A DNA stretch of 64,000 nucleotides from a virus. Below the pieces are notes generated by a model. It saw nothing but the letters and a program-made list of their open reading frames with translations, searched no databases and was not told the DNA's origin. The stretch lies in IMG/VR virus record IMGVR_UViG_3300010883_007299, positions 1 through 64,000 of that record. One strand, given 5' to 3'. This document shows, piece by piece, positions 9,367-18,202 of the stretch. Each line of letters begins with the position of its first letter. The stretch's first letter is position 1. The position numbers and the translations under genes are program-made.

Positions 9367-10154
9367 TCTAAATTTGGAGAACTATGCTCACTTGGATCAC
9401 CATCTATATTAACATCTATAACTATATTACCAGACAAGGAAATTCTTGTGACATCAGATTGAAAAGAATGTACAAAGTGTTGTAGGTGTGATGGAAAAAT
9501 AGCTACATCTCCACTATTAGGCATTATCCATGTATTGTGTACATTAAAATATTCTTGATGTCCGTATTGAAAAACTATTACTCCTGGACCCTGATGGTTA
9601 GATTTCCATTCATGTTCTTTATGTTCTTTATGAATTTCCTCAGGTATATCTAACCATATTACAAAAGATACATCCGAGTCATGGGTGTGTGGAGGATTCC
9701 ATTCATGTTTCTTTTGATAATTAACCCACAACGAATCTAAAGCCCAACCATATTGTATATCTTGATTTGGTTTAAGTTTAAATCCTTTTTCTTTAGCTTT
9801 CTTTACAAGCAACTGACTCAACATTTCCTGACGGGGAACATTCATTAAAAATGCATCCATCCAACGTCTGAATTTATCTCCAAACCAGTCCAAATGATCC
9901 TCTAAATTATATTCTTCATGAATATTGCCGGCCAATTGGTCTCTATAGTCTTTACTGGCAAGAATATTGCCATCTTCACCCAACCCTTCGGCTCTTGTCT
10001 TATCACTAATCGTTATTAATTCTTTAAGAAATTCTGGTGTCAACTGTGAATATATCATCCAAGGACCCCAATAGGTTGTTTGAAATTTTACTTCAAAGTC
10101 TTGATCTTCCGGTTGTGCTTTCATTCCACCGGTATTTACTTCTGTTCTTTTCAT
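9363..10154 (-). CDS. 2OG-Fe(II) oxygenase superfamily protein
   Basis: WVNYQ...NPPHTHD, IFPSHLQHFV, RISLSGN. Confidence 0.8.
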   Translation of the reverse strand: MKRTEVNTGGMKAQPEDQDFEVKFQTTYWGPWMIYSQLTPEFLKELITISDKTRAEGLGEDGNILASKDYRDQLAGNIHEEYNLEDHLDWFGDKFRRWMDAFLMNVPRQEMLSQLLVKKAKEKGFKLKPNQDIQYGWALDSLWVNYQKKHEWNPPHTHDSDVSFVIWLDIPEEIHKEHKEHEWKSNHQGPGVIVFQYGHQEYFNVHNTWIMPNSGDVAIFPSHLQHFVHSFQSDVTRISLSGNIVIDVNIDGDPSEHSSPNLE

Positions 10155-11233
10155 TCTGATTCACTAGCCTCCACATATAAATTCTTTAACAGTTGTTTCA
10201 ATTTAGTTTTATTAAGAGCTGCACTATCAATTTCTTCTACATACCTATCTAACAATGTCATGGTATCTTCACCAACTTCCACAAGATCATCTGTAATAGC
10301 ACTAGGATCTAAATCTGAAAAATCTTCAACTATCTTTAGTTCATAAAAATTCCCTTCGCTATAACATCTATCAATAAATCTATCAAAGGTATAAAAATCT
10401 GTTTTCTGCACAACTATAATTTTAACATAACAATTTTCATATTCTGTTATATCATAATTCAACATCTCATCACAACTATGAGCGCCAACCAATGCATTGC
10501 CATCATCATAATAAATCTTTTTAAATAATTTATTAGGATTCTGATAAAATTCTAACTCTCTTGTTTCTGTATCAAATATATGAAATCCTTTCTTAGTGTT
10601 AAAATCATTCCAATATATTTCATACGGTGCACCCAGGTATCTAACATGGCCATCGTCCTGTTGTTGATGGTAGTGTCCAGAAAACACCCGTTCATATCTC
10701 TTGAACATTTCCCTATCCAACCCACCATCACAATAAAGACCAGGAGCCATTTCACTACCATTGATTTCCAAATGACCCATAACAATATCAGCTTTCGCTT
10801 TCTTTATTGTGTTCAAAGATGTAGTTAAATGTGCTGGTGCTATCCAAGGAACGAATAGTATATTACATCCACCTATCTCAACTAGTTCTGGAACATCCTC
10901 ATACAAGATTATATTATTATACTCTGCACAAGTTAATGATATAGAATTTACTTCATTATTATTCTTGTAATAACTATCATGGTTGCCAACCAACATATGT
11001 AATTTGAAATCCCTTGCGGGTTCAAAAAACATTTCTTTAGCTAGTTTAAGAGATAAGAAATTAGAATACTTGCGCCTATCAAAAGCATCACCCAAATGAA
11101 GTATCGTTGTAATGCCTTCCCTTGCAAGTATTGGGAAAAAAGTTCCTTCGTAGAATCTCCGCTGGAATTCGGAAAACGCCAAATTGTCATTCTTACCTCC
11201 GAAATGTGTATCGGTGATTATAGCAACCTTCAC
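10151..11233 (-). CDS. gp47: Recombination endonuclease nuclease subunit (gp47, Mre11/SbcD-like)
   Basis: DTHFG, GDAFD, GNHD, SGHYH metallophosphoesterase motifs. Confidence 0.96.
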   Translation of the reverse strand: MKVAIITDTHFGGKNDNLAFSEFQRRFYEGTFFPILAREGITTILHLGDAFDRRKYSNFLSLKLAKEMFFEPARDFKLHMLVGNHDSYYKNNNEVNSISLTCAEYNNIILYEDVPELVEIGGCNILFVPWIAPAHLTTSLNTIKKAKADIVMGHLEINGSEMAPGLYCDGGLDREMFKRYERVFSGHYHQQQDDGHVRYLGAPYEIYWNDFNTKKGFHIFDTETRELEFYQNPNKLFKKIYYDDGNALVGAHSCDEMLNYDITEYENCYVKIIVVQKTDFYTFDRFIDRCYSEGNFYELKIVEDFSDLDPSAITDDLVEVGEDTMTLLDRYVEEIDSAALNKTKLKQLLKNLYVEASESE

Positions 11234-11236
11234 TAT

Positions 11237-11728
11237 TTAGTCTTCCTCTGAATGAAATGTATACTTGTCCAACATATCAACAAACTGTTGTTGGTACTTG
11301 CCGTCATCATCATGTGCCTGTAAAGCTATTCTCTGTTCGATGTCAGATTCTTTTAACATCTTTTCTTTAATAGCCTGTTGTTTCTTTTCTTTTGTAATAC
11401 GTCTGACAAAAGCAAAATAAATGATTTGTGTAAAATATGCAAATGGGTTTTTTGATTTTTCTGGATCAAATCTATCCATATACTGAAGGCAATTTTCTAT
11501 GCCATCTGAAATCATTTCTTCTCGATAAGTGTAGTTAATAAAATTTGGACGATACGACAGATGATTTGCAATCTTTAGAATACACTCTCCCAAATAATTG
11601 GTAATCTGCGGAGGTCCTTCACCAACCGCTTCAGCCTCAGCTGTCAGTTCTTTTCGTTCTACAAGAGCAGCGAAAAACAATTTATTATCTACATAGTGTA
11701 CCGGGTCCTTTTTTGAACGCTTAGCCAT
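11237..11728 (-). CDS. gp55: Late-transcription sigma factor
   Basis: HYVDNK, NFINYTYREEMISDGIENC, NPFAYFTQI. Confidence 0.95.
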   Translation of the reverse strand: MAKRSKKDPVHYVDNKLFFAALVERKELTAEAEAVGEGPPQITNYLGECILKIANHLSYRPNFINYTYREEMISDGIENCLQYMDRFDPEKSKNPFAYFTQIIYFAFVRRITKEKKQQAIKEKMLKESDIEQRIALQAHDDDGKYQQQFVDMLDKYTFHSEED

Positions 11729-11752
11729 CTTGGTCTCCTAACGGGAGGCCTA

Positions 11753-12229
11753 TCAGTTGTATGCTGGTGCAACATAATCTCCAAACAACCCAACAATAAC
11801 ATCTGCAGCATCTTCTAGATTATCTAGACGCCATGATGCATTATGTTTAATAAGTGGATGTTCTGTGAGATATTTGTCATCAGAAACAACTATCAATGGT
11901 TTTCTCAATCCGATTGCCCAACCGATTTCAATGACTGTACCATATGATGGTCGTCTATCGTTTAACTCTTGTGGGAGATAAGCCAAGACTAGATCACATG
12001 ACTCTGTATCTAACCAGTTCTTTGTGGCAATAGCACGTGGGTCTGACCACATTTTTGGAGTGGCGCCTTCATCTGTATACGTCAATCCCTTCTTTAAAGG
12101 TTCACACCTCAAAGGAGAAATGCCCACTATTCCATGTGGGAAAAATGTGCATACATGGTCACGCCATTCTGTTGCTTCTGTTTCAGTACAACCTGCAATA
12201 GGTCCTGCCAAATATATATACTTCTTCAT
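11753..12229 (-). CDS. Nucleoside 2-deoxyribosyltransferase-like protein
   Basis: IYLAGPI, D.VLAYL, SYGTVIEIGWA. Confidence 0.8.
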   Translation of the reverse strand: MKKYIYLAGPIAGCTETEATEWRDHVCTFFPHGIVGISPLRCEPLKKGLTYTDEGATPKMWSDPRAIATKNWLDTESCDLVLAYLPQELNDRRPSYGTVIEIGWAIGLRKPLIVVSDDKYLTEHPLIKHNASWRLDNLEDAADVIVGLFGDYVAPAYN

Positions 12230-12265
12230 AGTTAAATGCCTTCTTTCTATTTTTAAGACACTATT

Positions 12266-12294
12266 AGCTTAACACACCTAAAGTGGAATGTCAA
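12266..12294 (-). promoter_or_regulatory. Sigma70-type promoter upstream of the deoxyribosyltransferase-gp55-gp47-gp46 run
   Basis: TTGACA-N17-TAAGCT with extended TG. Confidence 0.8.
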
Positions 12295-12674
12295 GTCTTT
12301 TTCTTTACATCTTCTAGTCCCGTAACGGACCAATTTACGTTATTCCAATCACCATCTCTCACTACTGGAATTGCATGACATTTCATTCCTAGATGAGGAC
12401 TAATATCATTAATCAATATTCTACCACTATCAGCATGACCCATCAATAAAGTATCAAATGGTATACCCAATCTTCGGAGCTCTGATTCTGTTCTTTCTCT
12501 TACGGACTCTCGTCTACCTGTCATTAAGACTATCTTATGACCTTGAGTTTCCCATAGTCTCATTCTTTCTAATACACCAGGCAACAATTCATGATCTTTT
12601 TCCATTATGGCCTTATGACCACCACCCATATATTTTGTTAGAGTGCCGTCAATATCAATTATTAGGGTTTTCAA
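12291..12674 (-). CDS. HAD-family phosphatase (PNKP phosphatase-like)
   Basis: IIDIDGTL, MTGR, LLMG...IND. Confidence 0.8.
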   Translation of the reverse strand: MKTLIIDIDGTLTKYMGGGHKAIMEKDHELLPGVLERMRLWETQGHKIVLMTGRRESVRERTESELRRLGIPFDTLLMGHADSGRILINDISPHLGMKCHAIPVVRDGDWNNVNWSVTGLEDVKKKT

Positions 12675-12692
12675 TTTATTTCCTCTTGGGGG

Positions 12693-12721
12693 TTGACAAA
12701 TGGAGAAATCTATGATAAGCT
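12693..12721 (+). promoter_or_regulatory. Sigma70-type promoter on the antisense (+) strand
   Basis: TTGACA (12693-12698)-N17-TAAGCT (12716-12721) with extended TG; same boxes as the promoters at 4518 and 12294. Confidence 0.65.
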
Positions 12722-12754
12722 AAACAGCATACCTCCGAAGGGAAAGAATATCCA

Positions 12755-13252
12755 TTAATGGAGTATCCTTTTGGACGGTATTAGTTCTTCAATCTGTTCT
12801 GGTATATCATCTTCTTCCTCTTCACCTTTCATTATCTGAGCTACCTTTTCCAAGTTCTCCTGTATCTCTAGCATTACATCACTTTCTTCCACATCTTTCA
12901 TATGTCCAGATTCCTGTCTAGCTTTCTTACTTAACATTTTATAATAAACAAGTACTTCTGGAGCTAAGTTACCAAATGACAATATACGATCTTTATATAT
13001 AACAAATGTGTCATCGTGGGTATAATTCATCCATCTATCTAAACCAGTATGTTCAACTACTCTTTTCTCTTTCTGTCGTTCATTAGGCATAACCACCTGA
13101 TGTTTAACAATAGTCATGGGCATTTCCACAACTAGAGCATCAGAGAATTCTCGAACAACTTTGCAGAAAACTTCATCACCACCCATAAGTTTTAACACTT
13201 TATAGTGTGATTCTGATAAAGCTTCTTGTTGGACTTCTTGAATGTCATCCAT
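12755..13252 (-). CDS. Conserved T4-like hypothetical protein downstream of uvsW
   Basis: KVLKLMGGDEVFC Sm-like N-terminus; AATAAATA box 5 nt before the ATG. Confidence 0.65.
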   Translation of the reverse strand: MDDIQEVQQEALSESHYKVLKLMGGDEVFCKVVREFSDALVVEMPMTIVKHQVVMPNERQKEKRVVEHTGLDRWMNYTHDDTFVIYKDRILSFGNLAPEVLVYYKMLSKKARQESGHMKDVEESDVMLEIQENLEKVAQIMKGEEEEDDIPEQIEELIPSKRILH

Positions 13253-13264
13253 AGTACTATTTAT

Positions 13265-14716
13265 TTAACCTTTTAGTTTAACAGGTATAATATCATAATC
13301 AAACTCTTGTTCGTTATATATCTTTATCCGTTCTTTAAAATGTTTTAAAGTGTAATTCTCTCTATTAGCATAACATAAATCATCTACAATGTCAAATACA
13401 TATAATTGGTCTTTGTCATCAGCCACTCGTAAACCACGTCCTATAGATTGTAGTACTTTTATTTGAGATTTATATGGTGATGCAAATACAATATTATGGA
13501 GTCTCTTTATATTAATACCTTGTGAGAATACACCATATGATGCAACAACTATAACATTATCTTCCTTTTCAACAATAGACCTAATCTCTTCCCTTTCATC
13601 TGTAGGTGTTCCACCATACACAAAAAATACAGTACGGTCACTAATTTCTTTCAGTATCAGTGTTATAGCTTCAAGTTGTTTTATATACTGTGCTAGAATT
13701 AGAATGTTACCATCTGTTGTTGCGGCCAGTTTACTTATGAAAATATTTCTGGAAGGTAGTGTTGCTAGAAAATCCATCTCGGCCGGGTACTGGAGTTTTT
13801 GTCTATGTTCTTTAATGTGGTCTAATACTAAACATCTAATATGTAAGTTTGATAATTGTTTTTTAGCTATCAATTCAGAGGTAGTAGTAACTCGTTTGTG
13901 TTTGTAAAATAAACCTTCGAGCACCAATCTATGTACCTCAGTACCATCTAGTGTTCCTGTTAGACCTATACGATATTTACATTCATGCAATTTGGCCATT
14001 ATACCAGTTATTGATTTTGCTTTAGCTTGATGAGCCTCATCTACAAACACAGCTCCAAATTGACTGAAGTATTTTTTATCTAGTTTGTAGATTGATTGCC
14101 AAGTGGAGATGACCACCTCTCTAGGAGTATTCTTATCTGATCCGCCATAAAGTTTGTGGCAGTATTCGTCTGGGAACCATCCATAGTCCGCAAAGTCATT
14201 GAACATTTGCTCAACAAGACCGGTAGAAGGAACAATAATAAGTATTTTTTTATCATCAAACTTTTGTAAATAATATCTTACTAGGGCATATATAATGAAA
14301 GACTTACCAGAGCCGGTAGGGCTAAGAATAAGACCTCTATTATTTTCCAAAATATAGTGTATAGCATCTATCTGATAATCTCTTGTTCGTATTCCTTTTT
14401 CTAATTTCCGTACAAATTTTTTAGTTAAGTTCTTGTCTAATTTCCGAGGGGTAACTATTCCTTCTCCGTATTCGATTTTCTGTCCTTGTTCCGCAAGAAA
14501 TCTCCGTACATACGGTAGTAATCCCAAATATATTTTACCAGTAGCAGGACTGAATAAACGTACACGACCATCCCACACACGACTTCGTACCGATGGCATA
14601 AATCGTGAATTCGGAACTTCAAAGGTAAAGAATTCTGAGAGTTCTTTTCCAACAGACGGTTCACATTTAACTCTGAGATAAACTTCATTAAACTTTTCAA
14701 TTAAAACTGACATCAT
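13265..14716 (-). CDS. uvsW: SF2 DNA helicase UvsW
   Basis: RDYQ, SPTGSGKS, DEAH, GLTGT, QSIGRGLR. Confidence 0.95.
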   Translation of the reverse strand: MMSVLIEKFNEVYLRVKCEPSVGKELSEFFTFEVPNSRFMPSVRSRVWDGRVRLFSPATGKIYLGLLPYVRRFLAEQGQKIEYGEGIVTPRKLDKNLTKKFVRKLEKGIRTRDYQIDAIHYILENNRGLILSPTGSGKSFIIYALVRYYLQKFDDKKILIIVPSTGLVEQMFNDFADYGWFPDEYCHKLYGGSDKNTPREVVISTWQSIYKLDKKYFSQFGAVFVDEAHQAKAKSITGIMAKLHECKYRIGLTGTLDGTEVHRLVLEGLFYKHKRVTTTSELIAKKQLSNLHIRCLVLDHIKEHRQKLQYPAEMDFLATLPSRNIFISKLAATTDGNILILAQYIKQLEAITLILKEISDRTVFFVYGGTPTDEREEIRSIVEKEDNVIVVASYGVFSQGINIKRLHNIVFASPYKSQIKVLQSIGRGLRVADDKDQLYVFDIVDDLCYANRENYTLKHFKERIKIYNEQEFDYDIIPVKLKG

Positions 14717-15141
14717 TAGTCACCGTGTAAGAATTTCTTCCATTCTATGGTGTTACGAATTGCCCAATTTCTATTATTGATCTCCCTCAATATCCTTTCT
14801 AGATAATCTGATATTTGTTTTGTGTATGCCATCTTCTGGCCCAACTGTTGTAGTTCACTATCAGCATCCAGATAAATGCCAATATCAACCTTCAAAACCT
14901 TTAGTTCAAAAGGTTTCTCCGCATACACTTCGGGTGGGGATTTGCCACCATAATACTCCCACTTGAATCTATACATCACTTTATAATCATCTTGCAGTTT
15001 TTTATACTGCAATGAGTATGTGGTGTACAACTTTAAATACTTGTTATGAAGCTGTGGTGTCCGAATAGACTCTAGGTCTAGCTCGGTATCATCAATCTTC
15101 AAATCTCTTTCTATCTCATTATATAATTCATCAATATTCAT
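14716..15141 (-). CDS. uvsY: Recombination mediator UvsY
   Basis: DLKIDDTELDLES...LHNKYL, R.WAIRNTIEWKKF; adjacent to uvsW. Confidence 0.9.
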   Translation of the reverse strand: MNIDELYNEIERDLKIDDTELDLESIRTPQLHNKYLKLYTTYSLQYKKLQDDYKVMYRFKWEYYGGKSPPEVYAEKPFELKVLKVDIGIYLDADSELQQLGQKMAYTKQISDYLERILREINNRNWAIRNTIEWKKFLHGD

Positions 15142-15150
15142 AATATATCC

Positions 15151-15260
15151 AAAACAAAGAAGACGACGACCAACTTGTACTGCTATGTTGTATTTAATTT
15201 ACATCTTCTATTTAAATACTAAACTTAAAAACTTGGGTCAGACCATTGGTCGCCGTCTCC
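15151..15260 (-). ncRNA. Putative late small structured RNA, copy B
   Basis: Starts just after TATAAATA (15273-15266). 15-bp stem GGAGACGGCGACCAA/TTGGTCGTCGTCTTC with two G-U pairs, inner hairpin GTATTTAA/TTAAATAC, then TTTGTTTT. Confidence 0.55.
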
Positions 15261-15268
15261 AAAATTAT

Positions 15269-15874
15269 TTATAAAACTTCCATATCGAACCAACTGTATG
15301 CAAACGAAACATCACACCTAACATAGTCCGTATCAGATTCTTGCTGACTATAATCCAACGAACTCATGCTGATAGGAAATCCCTCATACATGGTACATTT
15401 AACAATAGGATTATTTTTACTACTTAAAATTGTTAGGTGTATATCTGTATACAAATCTCTGTCACTAGTTTCGTAAAGTTCACCTGTTACAGTGTTTGCA
15501 GCCTTTTTACCTCTATTACTAAAATCAGGTCTTTCTAAAGAATTGAATTGTCTATGGTTGGATGGAAAACCAATGTTCTTCATCCAATTATAAATTTCTA
15601 TATAGTTATTATATTTCTCATCCACTAAAAATGTTAAAGAAAAAGGACTGTATGTAAGTTTATCTCCTACTATAGGCATATCTATCAATGGTGTCGGTTG
15701 TGATGCTTGTCCCAAATCAACACTTGGTATAGTAGCCCGCACAACAAAATATTCCGTAGTAGGAAATATAGGCAAAAATATTTTAAACTGGTTAGACTGT
15801 GCATAGTCCAACACTACAGGCTGTCTATGCACAGAACTAACCGAACCTTTTGTTACATTACTCGTACTTACCAT
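15269..15874 (-). CDS. gp3: Tail completion / tube terminator (gp3-like)
   Basis: GDKLTYSPFSLTFLVDE...Y.EIYNW, FPISMSSLDY; position between gp23 and uvsY. Confidence 0.8.
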   Translation of the reverse strand: MVSTSNVTKGSVSSVHRQPVVLDYAQSNQFKIFLPIFPTTEYFVVRATIPSVDLGQASQPTPLIDMPIVGDKLTYSPFSLTFLVDEKYNNYIEIYNWMKNIGFPSNHRQFNSLERPDFSNRGKKAANTVTGELYETSDRDLYTDIHLTILSSKNNPIVKCTMYEGFPISMSSLDYSQQESDTDYVRCDVSFAYSWFDMEVL

Positions 15875-15879
15875 TTATA

Positions 15880-16260
15880 TTACGCAGCCGCCGTTTCAGC
15901 TAAAGCGCCTGTTCCAAATTCTACAATTACAGTATAGTCTGATACACCCGTTTTAACAACAGTAACATCACCTGTTGGTGAAGTTGCATTGTTAGCAATC
16001 ACAGGAGGATTCTGTGTAAGATTCCAATTACCATTGCCTGACAATCTTGCTGCCACCGCATCGGTAGAACCATCCCATGTAATAGTGATCTGACCACTTT
16101 CTGTTGTCCACATAACTCGTCTAATAGTAGCTGTGCCATCTGCTGGCATACCACCAAGAGCCGAAGCATCTAGTGTTGTAGTATCTGCTGCATCACCTTC
16201 TATCTTTACAACAAAACTACCTTGTTTTTTATTTCTTAAAATCTGTGACGTACTTGCCAT
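15880..16260 (-). CDS. Hypothetical beta-rich protein, probably virion-associated
   Basis: Own TATAAATA (16325-16318), AAGGAG RBS, T/A/G-rich composition. Confidence 0.6.
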   Translation of the reverse strand: MASTSQILRNKKQGSFVVKIEGDAADTTTLDASALGGMPADGTATIRRVMWTTESGQITITWDGSTDAVAARLSGNGNWNLTQNPPVIANNATSPTGDVTVVKTGVSDYTVIVEFGTGALAETAAA

Positions 16261-16328
16261 TTTATATTCTCCTTTAGGTACCCGCAGAGCTCATCATGCG
16301 GAAAAATACCTTTCCATTATTTATAAGA

Positions 16329-16646
16329 CTACCATGGTCGTTTAAATTTTATTCTTAACCAAAGTCGTTCATGGCCATAATACAATCCCATTTTTGTGAA
16401 TACTTCTATGGAAGCTATTGTAGCTGCCCATGAAAAATAACCAGTAATAAACCAGGAGATTATAAAGGTATCTGTAGTTGCTAATACACGCCAACTGCAA
16501 GTTTTATATATAGACCTCATCTTGGAAACTTTAACAATCTGTTGAGCTTCCCAGGCATACTGTGTTTCTGGATTTTTCCAATAACCTTGTTCGGTTATCT
16601 GACGCTCTAAGTCTGAAACTGATTGATGTTGATTTATTTTCTTCAA
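16329..16646 (-). CDS. DUF2061-like membrane protein
   Basis: RSIYKTCSWRVLATTDT...KMGLYYGHERLW signature. Confidence 0.75.
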   Translation of the reverse strand: MKKINQHQSVSDLERQITEQGYWKNPETQYAWEAQQIVKVSKMRSIYKTCSWRVLATTDTFIISWFITGYFSWAATIASIEVFTKMGLYYGHERLWLRIKFKRPW

Positions 16647-16783
16647 GTGTTTATGACCTGTATCACTAACTTATGCGTTTGAAAATGATATACAAGCCAT
16701 ATTATGAATCCTAAACAGGACAGTATCATAGTCGTCACTGTTAGTTCGCCAATCAATCGTTTTGTAGATTCTTTAAATAACAT
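16643..16783 (-). CDS. 46-aa predicted membrane peptide (below the ORF-track cutoff)
   Basis: MLFKESTKRLIGELTVTTMILSCLGFIIWLVYHFQTHKLVIQVINT; AGGAGG RBS; stop overlaps the next TTG start. Confidence 0.6.
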   Translation of the reverse strand: MLFKESTKRLIGELTVTTMILSCLGFIIWLVYHFQTHKLVIQVINT

Positions 16784-16796
16784 TTGATTCCCTCCT

Positions 16797-16831
16797 AAAA
16801 AGAAAAAACCCCACTCCTTACGGAGCGGGGC
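16797..16831 (-). terminator. Rho-independent terminator after gp23
   Basis: GCCCCGCTCC-GTAA-GGAGTGGGGT followed by TTTTTCTTTT. Confidence 0.9.
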
Positions 16832-16875
16832 TTTCTAAAATCACCTTTGTTATTATAATATTATGGTGAAACTTA

Positions 16876-18177
16876 TTACATCAAGTTGGTAACCTGAACA
16901 CGACGGTAGTACACGTTAGAATCACGAGCACCCGGGCCATCTGTAGCAGCGGCTGTCTGAGCGAAAGGATTAACCTGCATACCATATCGAGTCTTGAAAC
17001 CAATCTTCGGCTGGAATGTGTTCTCACCAACCGCACGGACCATCTGCAACGGAACGTATGGGCAATAGAACAAGCCAGCATCGTATGGGGAAGCACCCTT
17101 ATAACCAACAACATAGTACTGGTTAGCGGCGGCGCCTGAACCTGTGTAAGGAACGCCCATGTTTGTATAAGGATCGACATAGACTTTAAAGCGACCATTC
17201 AATGTACCAGCGAATGTGTTGCCTGTGGAGTCTACTGTAAGATTGTCGGAAAGTCCACTTGTATAATCAAGCAGGCCGGCCATTGTAAGCGCAGAAGCGA
17301 CATCAGCGGAACAAAGGATAATGTTACCCTTTCCACGCCGTGTGTCACGGGCGATTACGTTAGCATCACGCTCTAGTGAGAACATGAGACCTTTGAACTT
17401 CTCAACAGACCAGCGACCATTGGAGTCTGTATCAAGATCGAAAATACCAGCAGTCGTTGTGTTGACCGCAGCACCTTGCTTCGAGTTGATATAGATAGTC
17501 CGAACGACCTCGCGGTTGATTTCCGCAAGAATCTCTGAGCTTAGGATGTTTGCCAGCTCAGTTTCGGCATCCAGACCGTGAATAGCCTTTAAGTCTTGTG
17601 CCAGTTCCATTGTGTATTCAGCTTTAAGAGCACGTGACTTTGCAGTTACGGTTGCTTTCTCAATACTGAATGCCATTTCTGCAAACTGATTAGCGGCGGA
17701 ATCGCCTAGTGCTTCAGCAGCAGCTGTGGTCATAGCGGTGCCTGAAGCGTAGTTGCCTGCGCTTAGGGCTTTAAGTACGTCTACACCGGTATGTGTTCCA
17801 GTACCAGCATGTGTAGTATCAGCTTCGTTGAATAACGCTTCTGTTCCAGCTTGAGAAGTGTAACGAGCCTTCATTGCAAAGATTAGCCCTGTAGGACCTG
17901 TCATTGGCTGAACGCCGCAAACATCATAAGCAATAAGAGAAGGCATCGCACGGCGCACCAGCGAAATTAGGATCGGATCCCAATTCGCTACTGCAGAACC
18001 AGTTGCGTTTGTAGGAGCTGCCTCTGAAAGAAACGCTGCATCTTCACGCATAGCCCTTTCTTGGTTTTCCAGGATTACTGTTGTAACGGCCCGACGGTAA
18101 GCATCATTGATCTCGGGGAGGTCAGGATGCTTTAAGACTGGCTGCCATTTTTCCTGTAGTTGTTCGGTTTGAAACAT
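16876..18177 (-). CDS. gp23: Major capsid protein
   Basis: DPILISLVRR, GVQPMTGPTGLIFAM, AKSRALKAEYT, FQPKIGFKTRYG. Confidence 0.98.
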   Translation of the reverse strand: MFQTEQLQEKWQPVLKHPDLPEINDAYRRAVTTVILENQERAMREDAAFLSEAAPTNATGSAVANWDPILISLVRRAMPSLIAYDVCGVQPMTGPTGLIFAMKARYTSQAGTEALFNEADTTHAGTGTHTGVDVLKALSAGNYASGTAMTTAAAEALGDSAANQFAEMAFSIEKATVTAKSRALKAEYTMELAQDLKAIHGLDAETELANILSSEILAEINREVVRTIYINSKQGAAVNTTTAGIFDLDTDSNGRWSVEKFKGLMFSLERDANVIARDTRRGKGNIILCSADVASALTMAGLLDYTSGLSDNLTVDSTGNTFAGTLNGRFKVYVDPYTNMGVPYTGSGAAANQYYVVGYKGASPYDAGLFYCPYVPLQMVRAVGENTFQPKIGFKTRYGMQVNPFAQTAAATDGPGARDSNVYYRRVQVTNLM

Positions 18178-18202
18178 TATTAGTTTTCTCCCTATTTGTT
18201 GT

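Noticed and set aside
16275-16312. Hairpin containing ATGATGA, resembling a C-box/kink-turn
   Set aside because: No matching CTGA D-box; best treated as an ordinary 5' leader hairpin.
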